DNA of 64,000 nucleotides, taken from assembly GCA_050741915.1 (NCBI GenBank), contig JBOGEX010000106.1:702-64701 (forward strand), written 5' to 3'. The translations under genes and the position numbers were made by a program. This DNA is from Acidimicrobiia bacterium (GTDB lineage Bacteria > Actinomycetota > Acidimicrobiia > Spongiisociales > ZC4RG35). The notes below the pieces were generated by a model. It made no database searches. It was not told where the DNA came from and was given only the letters and a program-made list of their open reading frames with translations. Below, in pieces: positions 27,800 to 35,567 of the stretch (position 1 is its first letter; every line of letters begins with the position of its first letter).

Positions 27800-28483
27800 A
27801 TGGCCACCTACTTCACCACCGGCACCTTCAAATTCATCCGCGAGCTGACCGCCAACAACGAGCGGGAATGGTTTCAAGCCAACAAGGACCGCTACGTCGA
27901 GCTGGTCCAGGAGCCCGCCTTGGCTTTTATCTCCGACTTCGCTCCCCACCTACAGAAGATCTCGCGGCACTTCGAAGCGGATGCCCGGATCCAGAGTGGG
28001 TCGCTTCTCCGCATCTACCGCGACATTCGGTTCTCGAAGGACAAGACCCCTTACAAGACCAACGTCGGGATGAGGTTCTATCACGAGGCGGGATCTGACA
28101 TTCATGCCCCGGGCTTTTATCTCCACCTCGAGCCGGCCAACTCGTATGCCGGAATCGGCCTCTGGCGTCCCGAAGCTCCCCTGGCGCGCCAGATTCGTCA
28201 GGCGATTGTCGACGACCCGGCCGGCTGGAAGAAGGCCGCCCACGGCAAAGCGTTTATGGGACGCTATACCCCGGATGGAGAATCGCTCGCCAAGCCGCCT
28301 CAGGGTTTCGATCCCGAGCATCCGCTGGTCGATGACCTGAAACGGAAGGACTTCATCGCGGGAGCACGGCTCGCGGACAAGACGGTCACTTCGGATAGTT
28401 TTCTCAAGGATTACGTGGCGTTAACGAAGGCCTCAGTTCCCTACATGAGATTTCTGACCGAGGCAGTAAATCTCGCCTTCTGA
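27800..28483 (+). CDS. DUF2461 (TIGR02453) family protein
   Basis: ORF 27800..28483 (227 aa): FKFIRELTANNEREWFQANKDRY...LRIYRDIRFSKDKTPYKTN, the family signature as I recall it. Confidence 0.8.
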   Translation: MATYFTTGTFKFIRELTANNEREWFQANKDRYVELVQEPALAFISDFAPHLQKISRHFEADARIQSGSLLRIYRDIRFSKDKTPYKTNVGMRFYHEAGSDIHAPGFYLHLEPANSYAGIGLWRPEAPLARQIRQAIVDDPAGWKKAAHGKAFMGRYTPDGESLAKPPQGFDPEHPLVDDLKRKDFIAGARLADKTVTSDSFLKDYVALTKASVPYMRFLTEAVNLAF

Positions 28484-28732
28484 CTTCGGGGGCTACTGAG
28501 CGGTAAGCAACGGGATCAGTCCGAAGTCGTTGGCGGAAAGTCCCTCTGTGGACGGAGCAGAGGCGTAATCAGAAAGCAACTGCTCCTGCTCACCCTCGGT
28601 AGCGACGGCGACATCGATGATCCGGGTGTGGTTGGCATCGGCGGAGGCGCCGCCGAGATTGAACGTCCGACGCAGACGGAGCAGGGCTGTTTCCCTGCCT
28701 TCGCCTATAGTCGTCTTCCGACCCTAACGAAG

Positions 28733-30019
28733 CTAGTTGCCGATTGCCTCGCGAACTGCAGTGGCAGCTGCACTCATCGCCTCGGCGGCCGCGAGTTCGC
28801 CGTTGCGAAGCAGCTGGAGCTGCTCACCAAGCGGGGTCCACACCTTTCGCATCTCGGGAACGTTGGGCATGGGATTGCCGTCAGCAGCGGAAGCGGCAAA
28901 CGTCGCCGCCACCGGATTGTCGACCAACCCCTCGAGGACCGAGGTGTAGGCGGGGTTGCGGGGATCGGCGTCATACAGCGCCTGCTGGGTCTCGGCGGTG
29001 GCGATGTAATCGAGCAGGAACGACTGAGCTACGACCTTGTTCTCCGAGAACGCCGAGAGGAAAAAGCCCTGAGCCCAGACGAAAGGCGCCGGGGCGTTTC
29101 CGCCAATGGTCGGGATCCTGGCGACGGCCCAGTTGACGGCTGTCTGTCCTTCGAGGTTTCTTACTTCCCAGGGTCCCGTCATCCAAAAGGGCTGCAACCC
29201 ATCAAGGAAGAGAGCCTTGGCGGTGTCGTAGTTCGTCGAACCAATAACGCTGGCAGCGATCTGCTCTTCGAGGAAGGTGATTCCGGCGATGGCACCTTCG
29301 CTGTCAAGTCCGACGTCGGTGGTGTCATAACCCGAGGCAGGGTCGTATCCGAAGATGTAGCCGCCAAGTGCCGAGACGAACGGGTAGTTGTGATAGGCAT
29401 CGGGGGCATCACCGCCACCGGGCACCCCGACGCAGTTCTGGACTCCTCCGAGAGCTGCACAGATCCCACTCAGTTCCTCAAAAGTGGCAGGGGCCTCGAG
29501 GACAAGGTCGGTGTTGTAGTAGAACGCGATGGCTTCGGTGGCATAGGGCACTGCGTAGAGCGAACCTTGGTAACTGAAGGCGTCGATCGCGACCTGTTCG
29601 AACTCACCGGACTTGGCACCAAGGTCGATCGGCTCGGCAACGCCAGTGGCGGCCAGTTCGCCCACCCAGTCGTGGGTGCCGATGAAGAGATCTGCGCCAT
29701 CACCAGCCGGACCGGCCGTGACCATCTGATCGCCAATGTCACCAAACTCCTTCGATTCGACACTCACCGTGACCCCGGTCGCTGCGGTAAATGCCGCCGC
29801 CACCCCTTCGGTAACAGGGGTGGAAGCCTCATCGGCCCAAACCACCAGGTTGACCTCTGCGGTGGCAGCGGTGGCGGTGGCATCAGCCGTCGTGAGGGGA
29901 GCCGCCGTGGTCTCCGCCCCGGTGTCTGCGGTAACCGTGGTATCTGCGGCACCGCCGCCACCACAGGCAGCGAGCAACAGGACCAATACCGCCAGCAGCG
30001 CCAATGAACGTTGCCTCAC
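28733..30019 (-). CDS. ABC transporter substrate-binding lipoprotein, sugar (MalE/family-1) type; no cognate permease or ATPase adjacent
   Basis: ORF 28733..30019 (428 aa). Lipobox LLLAACGG, a Thr/Ala-rich linker and a MalE-like body (VNLVVWADE...YNTDL...WEVRN). Confidence 0.85.
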   Translation of the reverse strand: MRQRSLALLAVLVLLLAACGGGGAADTTVTADTGAETTAAPLTTADATATAATAEVNLVVWADEASTPVTEGVAAAFTAATGVTVSVESKEFGDIGDQMVTAGPAGDGADLFIGTHDWVGELAATGVAEPIDLGAKSGEFEQVAIDAFSYQGSLYAVPYATEAIAFYYNTDLVLEAPATFEELSGICAALGGVQNCVGVPGGGDAPDAYHNYPFVSALGGYIFGYDPASGYDTTDVGLDSEGAIAGITFLEEQIAASVIGSTNYDTAKALFLDGLQPFWMTGPWEVRNLEGQTAVNWAVARIPTIGGNAPAPFVWAQGFFLSAFSENKVVAQSFLLDYIATAETQQALYDADPRNPAYTSVLEGLVDNPVAATFAASAADGNPMPNVPEMRKVWTPLGEQLQLLRNGELAAAEAMSAAATAVREAIGN

Positions 30020-30078
30020 GGTCGAGTTCCTCCTGAGTCGATGAGCGGGGTCGGAAACCCGATTCCGGGCGTATCTAA

Positions 30079-30943
30079 ACAGTCACCGAGGCGGCTGCCG
30101 AGCTCGATTACCAGGAACTTCCAACTCGCAATGGCTCGATGGTCCGCTCCGCCACCTCGAAGACCGTCAACGAGCAGGACTATCTCGACCATTTTCTGGA
30201 TACCGCCGCCGCCGGGGTGGTGGTGGTCAATGAGCTCTACTCGCAGATCGCTTTGGACTTCACGCCCTACGAGGTGCTGCGCGACAAGGGCCTCCCAGTG
30301 GTGCTGCTCAACGGGCTTGGACCCCAATGTCCGTTGCCTGCCGTCAGCGTCGACCTCAGCGCAGCTGGAGCGATCGCGGTTGCCCACCTCTGATCTCGGC
30401 CACAAACGCATCGGCTGCCTGGTTGGCCCTCGTCGCTATTGGAGCGCGGAGCTGATGATCGAGGGATGGGAACAGGGGCTCAGCGAGAGAGGAATCGGGG
30501 CCGAGCCGGCAATGATCTCTGAGAGCATCTTCAGCATCGAGGGAGGAAGAGCAGGAGTGCGAAGTTGCTCGAAGCGGGAGCGAGGGCGATCGTCGCCGGT
30601 GGCGACAATGATGGCTCTTGGGGCCATCGCTGGCATTCGCTCGTGGGGGAAGTCCGTTCCGATGGACGTGTCAGTGGTGGGCTTCGACGGAACGCCGATC
30701 ACCGCTCACACCAACCCACCTTTGACGACCATCCGCCAGCCGCTCGGTCGCATGGCGGGGACGGTCTCCGAGCTGTTGATCGATCAGGTTCGCGGCCGCC
30801 TCGGCGGCGGCATCCATCTCTTCACGCCGGAGCTAGTGGTGGGCAAGACCAACCCCCCTTCGCTAAAGCCACGCCGCCAAGCTTCTCCACCTCCTCGGCG
30901 CGCCCAAATTTGGAGTTGCGCGCAGGCCAGGAGCGCGGATTAG
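30079..30943 (+). pseudogene. LacI-family regulator remnant (HTH lost, internal deletion, frameshift near 30395)
   Basis: Only the tail of the DNA-binding domain is left (TVTEAAAELDYQ). The sequence jumps to NEQDYLDHFLDTAAAGVVVV. Homology then switches from ORF 30139..30393 to ORF 30011..30943 (LGHKRIGCLVGP...VVGFDGTPITAHTNPPLTTIRQP). The 3' limit is uncertain. Confidence 0.65.
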
Positions 30944-31506
30944 TTGGAGCTCTCGAGCCAGCCGCTGACCCGTTCGAGTAAGTACTCCGACACTGCCTTT
31001 GCTCGATCGAGCTCTTCGCACAGTTGCTCACGCGCCATCAGCACATCGACCAAGGAAACTTGACACTTTCCAACCACCTGGAGGGTCCGCGCCGAGGGGT
31101 CGGTCACCGAAGCGATGGATTCGTTGGAAGAGACAGTTATCGGCAGATCGACCCCGCCCAGACCGGCCAGGTCCGTCGAGACGACCAGAAGATCGGGTGG
31201 CGACAAGAGGCTGGGAAGCTGCCAGTTGAAGTAGAGGTCGAGTCGATAGAGGTCTTCGGGCTCTTCCCACTCGTCGTCCATCTCGTCGAGCCGGTCCTGA
31301 AGCGATAGCACCACCCGCGGATCGACATCGAGGCTCAGGTGGAGATCGAGGGGACCGCCGCAGGCATCCTCGGGGTGAACGTCCACTTCCCAGGACTGCC
31401 GCAGTGAATAGGTCTCCATGAAGTGGCGCTCGTCGTGGACATGGAAACCATGCTCGATGGCGTGGTCTTTGAGGTCGGCGACGAAGCCAGCGATGTCGAT
31501 AGCCAT
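30940..31506 (-). CDS. hypothetical acidic protein (188 aa), no family recognised
   Basis: ORF 30940..31506 with high third-position GC and an ATG start. I recognise no motifs. Confidence 0.5.
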   Translation of the reverse strand: MAIDIAGFVADLKDHAIEHGFHVHDERHFMETYSLRQSWEVDVHPEDACGGPLDLHLSLDVDPRVVLSLQDRLDEMDDEWEEPEDLYRLDLYFNWQLPSLLSPPDLLVVSTDLAGLGGVDLPITVSSNESIASVTDPSARTLQVVGKCQVSLVDVLMAREQLCEELDRAKAVSEYLLERVSGWLESSN

Positions 31507-31517
31507 TGCCGGGCAGC

Positions 31518-32330
31518 CTAGAGATTGACGGGGACAGAAGCGCGGGCCGACAGCGGATGCGCGTCAGCCAGCTTCCGGGTCAGCACAGCTCCCAGCAAAT
31601 ACACGGCCGACATGAAGTAGACGACCAGCAAGATCGCTATCACCGATCCAGCAATGCCGGTCGCGCTCCCACTCCCCCTCCCAACGAACAGCCCTACCAG
31701 CGCCCCGGCAATGACCATTGCCACCTCGGTGACCGCCGCCCCTGCAGCCGCCACCCGCCACGGCGGGCGATAGGGAGTGAAGAACCGAAAGCTGAGGACG
31801 ATGGCCACAAAGAAGATGAGGACGGTTGTGATGAAGGCGACCGTCCCCGTCGCCCATTCCGCCGGTAGCCAGGCGGCGAGAGTGGCCGAGCCCACTACCA
31901 GGGCGAGACCGATCGCACACGCCAGGACAGCGGCCAAGGTCAGCAATCGTTGTCGGATCGCCTTGCCGATGCCTTGGAGCTTCTTTGGTTCAACATCGTT
32001 GATCGTATTGAGCGCACCTTGCACCTCGGTGAAGAGCCCGCTCCCAGCCCAGATCAGCAACCCAAACCCGATCACCCCGGCAGTAGTCGCTTCCGAGGCC
32101 TCAGCCAAGAGCCGCTCGAGATCGGTGGCCAGCTCGTTACCGAGGAGCTGCTCGAGCTGGCTGGTCAGTTGGCCCTGCGCGGCGGATTCGCCGAAAATCG
32201 CGCCGGCGACCGAGATGGCCACCAGCATCAGCGGGGCCAAAGCAAAAACGGCCCGGTATCCGATGGCTGCTGCCATCGTCGTACCTCGCTCCTCCGAAAA
32301 GCGTTGCCACGTCGACTTGAGGATCTCCAA
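31518..32330 (-). CDS. YihY/BrkB family membrane protein
   Basis: ORF 31518..32330 (270 aa, TTG). The N-terminus RFSEERGTTMAAAIGYRAVFALAPLMLV is the YihY signature, and the protein has multiple TM helices. Confidence 0.8.
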   Translation of the reverse strand: MEILKSTWQRFSEERGTTMAAAIGYRAVFALAPLMLVAISVAGAIFGESAAQGQLTSQLEQLLGNELATDLERLLAEASEATTAGVIGFGLLIWAGSGLFTEVQGALNTINDVEPKKLQGIGKAIRQRLLTLAAVLACAIGLALVVGSATLAAWLPAEWATGTVAFITTVLIFFVAIVLSFRFFTPYRPPWRVAAAGAAVTEVAMVIAGALVGLFVGRGSGSATGIAGSVIAILLVVYFMSAVYLLGAVLTRKLADAHPLSARASVPVNL

Positions 32331-32372
32331 TGTCCTCCTTTTCTATACCTTCTATACCGTTACCGTCTCCGT

Positions 32373-33395
32373 ATGGCGTGGCCCTTCAAACCCCCGATTG
32401 AAACGATGGAAGCAAAGGTTATGGAGGCATGGCCGGAAGGGGCGTTCGCCTTCGAACCGAAGTGGGATGGCTTCCGAGCCGTTTCCTGGAACGGCGACGA
32501 GATACGGCTCGACTCGCGGAGTCAGAAGACGTTGCTGCGGTACTTCCCTGAATTGCGAGAACCGATCAGCCGACTGCCGGCGGGAACCGTGGTCGACGGA
32601 GAGGTCGTGGTCGTCACTGACGACGTAACCGACTTCGATGCCTTACAGCAGAGGATTCATCCGGCTGAGTCGCGCATCAAGCGCCTGGCGGCCGAGACCC
32701 CATCCGAACTGGTTGCCTTCGATCTGCTGGCCCTCGCCGGGGAGGACTTGCGGCTACGACCCTTTGCCGAGCGGAGGGAGCTGCTGACCGCCCTGATCCC
32801 CAGCCTCGAGCATCCCTGGAACCTAACTCCGTCCACGGTCGACCCCGATGTTGGGAAGCGATGGTTCGACGAGTTCGAACCGGCCGGATGCGACGGAATT
32901 ATCGCCAAACAACTCGGCTCGGGATATGTCCACGGAAAGCGCGCCATGATCAAGATCAAACATCGACGCACGGCCGATTGCGTTGTCGGCGGTTATCGCG
33001 AGCACAAGGATGGCGGGAAGATCGGCTCGCTCCTCCTCGGTCTCTACAACGACGAGGGCGTGCTCCACTTCATTGGTCACTGCTCGGGCTTTCCCAATGG
33101 CCAGCGGGAGGCGATCTTCCGTCGATTCCAGGAGCTGAGAACGGACGGCTCGTTCGGAGAAGCGGCCCGAGTGCCGGGAGGGATCAGCCGGTGGACCGGC
33201 GACAAGGATCTGTCCTGGACGCCCATCGAGGGCGGAGTCGTGGCCGAGATCAGCTATGACCAGCTCGAAGAAGGCCGCTTTCGGCACGCCACCCGCTTCC
33301 ACCGGTGGCGGCCGGAGAAAGACCCCCGCAGCTGCAAGATGGACCAGCTCGAACGCCCGAGTGGCCTGGGCTTTTCCGAGGTGGTCGTCGGCTAG
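32373..33395 (+). CDS. ATP-dependent DNA ligase, two-domain (LigC / LigD-ligase-domain type)
   Basis: ORF 31950..33395 trimmed to ATG 32373 (MAWPFKPPIETMEAK). Motif I EPKWDGFRAV, DGIIAK, MIKIKHRRT, and an OB-fold tail. Confidence 0.85.
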   Translation: MAWPFKPPIETMEAKVMEAWPEGAFAFEPKWDGFRAVSWNGDEIRLDSRSQKTLLRYFPELREPISRLPAGTVVDGEVVVVTDDVTDFDALQQRIHPAESRIKRLAAETPSELVAFDLLALAGEDLRLRPFAERRELLTALIPSLEHPWNLTPSTVDPDVGKRWFDEFEPAGCDGIIAKQLGSGYVHGKRAMIKIKHRRTADCVVGGYREHKDGGKIGSLLLGLYNDEGVLHFIGHCSGFPNGQREAIFRRFQELRTDGSFGEAARVPGGISRWTGDKDLSWTPIEGGVVAEISYDQLEEGRFRHATRFHRWRPEKDPRSCKMDQLERPSGLGFSEVVVG

Positions 33396-34075
33396 GAGGG
33401 ACGGCTTATCGTCTGCAAAGCGAAGAGCACGAGGATGATCGCTCCGAAACGAAGTCCGGCCTGAAAGAGAAAGTAGGCCGCTACCAACGCCACCAACAGG
33501 CCGATGACGGCCGCCACCCGCCGGCCCCGGCCCGGAAGCCAGCGCTCCAAGAGCTCGGCCATGATGTGCCAGCCATCGAGCCCGCCAATCGGGAGCCAGT
33601 TGATCAAACCCCAGGCGATGGTGACCCAGATGAAGGCGCCCAGGAAGAAGATCAACCAAAGATCGGCCCGGGCGGCGTCGCCGAGGAAGACTCGGAACGG
33701 GGTCTCGATGATGCTGGCCGCGGCAGAGCCAAAGGCGCCCAAACGGACCAGGCCAAACAGCACACCCGCCACCAGGAATCCGAGTCCTGCGCCGGCGGCA
33801 GCAATAGCGATGCGCCGGCTCCATGAGATCTGCCGGTTGGGATCGGACCAGCTCGTCGCTCCCCCGAGCCCGTGCAGGGTGATCTGATTGACCATGCCCC
33901 CGAACCCGCGCACCGATAAGGCGTGGCCGAGCTCGTGAGTCAGGACCGAAGCGAAGGCCGCCGCCACCCAGGCGGTGATGCCTTGCCACCCGAGATTCGT
34001 TCCAACGAGGAAGAGGCCGAGGATTAGGAACGTTGGGCTGATGACGACCGGAAACCTGAAAAGCTGAAATCTCAC
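33392..34075 (-). CDS. M50 (site-2 protease) family membrane metalloprotease
   Basis: ORF 33392..34249 trimmed to GTG 34075. It carries HELGHAL and NWLPIGGLDG motifs and multiple TM helices. The start is uncertain. Confidence 0.75.
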   Translation of the reverse strand: MRFQLFRFPVVISPTFLILGLFLVGTNLGWQGITAWVAAAFASVLTHELGHALSVRGFGGMVNQITLHGLGGATSWSDPNRQISWSRRIAIAAAGAGLGFLVAGVLFGLVRLGAFGSAAASIIETPFRVFLGDAARADLWLIFFLGAFIWVTIAWGLINWLPIGGLDGWHIMAELLERWLPGRGRRVAAVIGLLVALVAAYFLFQAGLRFGAIILVLFALQTISRPS

Positions 34076-34102
34076 CGGCCCGCCCCACCGATCGACTCTG
34101 TC

Positions 34103-35503
34103 ATGAAGCTGCAGGGTACGGTTGCAACCGTGCCAAACGAGACAACGGTCGGAGTCGGCGACGAGCAGCTCCGAATCTCGAGCCCCGACAAGTTGCTCTT
34201 CCCCCGGCAGGGTTGGACCAAGCTCGACGTCGTCAATCACTTCGTCCAAGTAGCCGAAGGAGCTTTGCGAGCGGTCTTCGGTCGTCCCACGATGTTGAAG
34301 CGGTATATGGAGTCAGTAGACGTCGACCCGATCTACCACAAACGCGCCGAGCCCAACTCCCCCTTCGAAACCGTCGAAGTGAAATTCCCATCGCAACGGC
34401 CCGGGCTGATGAATGTGCCTCGCACGGAAATTGATGTCATCCGGTTGATCCAGCGGGGATGTCTCGACCTCCATCCCTGGCCAGTGCGAGCGGAGAAAAC
34501 CGACCAACCAGACGAGCTGCGCTTCGATCTCGATCCGACTCCGGGCTTCACCTTCGCCCACGTTCGAGAAGCAGCAGTCGGCCTACACCAGGTGCTGACC
34601 GAAGCCGGAGTGGTCGGTTGGCCCAAGACTTCGGGAAGTCGAGGAATTCACGTCTATGTGCGCATCGAGCCCGAGTGGGATTTCTTCCAAACCAGGCGCT
34701 CGGTGCTGGCAGCTGCTCGGGAGTTGGAGCGGAGAATGCCGGGGCTCGTCACCACCAGTTGGTGGAAGGAGGAGCGCACCGGTGTCTTCATCGACTACAA
34801 CCAGAATGCCCGTGACAAGACCGTTTCAGCTGCCTACGGAGTTCGCCCCACAGGGTTCGTCTCGACTCCGTTTCGCTGGGATGAGATCGATGAGATCACC
34901 ATCGAACGTTTTCCTCTGGACGGGTTTGCCGAGCGCTACGAAGAGGTGGGAGACCTCACCAAAGGGATCGACGAATCCGCCGGACGGATCGAGACGCTGA
35001 TCGAATGGGTGAGGAGGGACCAGGAGGAGTACGGGCAAGGTGATGCCCCCTGGCCCCCTCAGTACCCCAAGGTGGCCGGGGAGCCAACCCGGGTGCAGCC
35101 GTCAAAGAAGCGTCATGATGTCGATACCACCAGCTCTTCGGGGCTCGGCTCCCACTACACGATCGAGCTGTTTCTCGCTGAAAAGGGTGGGAAGCAGTTT
35201 TGGGATGGGCTGGTCGAACTGGCCAAACGTTGCGGGCCCTTCGAGTTCGCCGCCGGCAAGACTCGGAGCGCCTTCCTGCTCCGCGCTCGATTCCTCACCG
35301 TCTACACACTGAGCGATCGCGGGGTGAGTTTCATGCTGTCGATGGACCACGCCCATCAGCACCCGCGGTTTCGCAAGGTTTTCCAGATCGGGGCGCACGA
35401 ATGGGCCCACGACGTCAGGGTGAACAAGGGAGACGAGCTAGATGACGAACTGGGCGAGTTGATATGCCGCGCCTACCAGTGGGGATTGGTCGGCGAGAAG
35501 TAG
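34103..35503 (+). CDS. LigD-type primase-polymerase (PolDom / Prim-PolC-like) with an extra ~110-aa C-terminal DUF5655-like domain
   Basis: ORF 34103..35503 (466 aa): ISSPDKLLFP, KTSGSRGIHVYV and FIDYNQNARDKT are PolDom hallmarks. The C-terminal KTRSAFLLRARFLTVYTLSDRGVSFMLSM...HDVRVNKGDELDDELGELICRAYQ resembles DUF5655 (recalled). Confidence 0.85.
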   Translation: MKLQGTVATVPNETTVGVGDEQLRISSPDKLLFPRQGWTKLDVVNHFVQVAEGALRAVFGRPTMLKRYMESVDVDPIYHKRAEPNSPFETVEVKFPSQRPGLMNVPRTEIDVIRLIQRGCLDLHPWPVRAEKTDQPDELRFDLDPTPGFTFAHVREAAVGLHQVLTEAGVVGWPKTSGSRGIHVYVRIEPEWDFFQTRRSVLAAARELERRMPGLVTTSWWKEERTGVFIDYNQNARDKTVSAAYGVRPTGFVSTPFRWDEIDEITIERFPLDGFAERYEEVGDLTKGIDESAGRIETLIEWVRRDQEEYGQGDAPWPPQYPKVAGEPTRVQPSKKRHDVDTTSSSGLGSHYTIELFLAEKGGKQFWDGLVELAKRCGPFEFAAGKTRSAFLLRARFLTVYTLSDRGVSFMLSMDHAHQHPRFRKVFQIGAHEWAHDVRVNKGDELDDELGELICRAYQWGLVGEK

Positions 35504-35511
35504 CGATCACT

Positions 35512-35567
35512 TCGTTCTCTGGGCTGTGGAGGCTGTTGGACAGCGTCTACAACCCTGGGTTCGCTTA
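35512..35567 (+). repeat. 57-nt intergenic repeat, family Z (copy 2)
   Basis: tcgttctctgggctgtggaggctgttggacagcgtctacaaccctgggttcgctta, ending at the stop codon of the convergent MFS gene. Confidence 0.85.

Noticed and set aside
28628-30007. 459-aa plus-strand ORF, one of the longest in the track.
   Set aside because: It lies entirely antisense to the well-supported sugar-binding lipoprotein gene (28733..30019). Its sequence is Gly/Arg/Val-rich shadow-frame type, typical of high-GC genomes, with no recognisable motifs.
30020-30078. CGGAA-N6-TTCCG inverted repeat as a LacI operator for the sugar-binding protein gene.
   Set aside because: The arms are only 5 bp and weakly similar to LacI-family half-sites, and the cognate regulator gene is itself a remnant. 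This is not enough support to call a regulatory feature.
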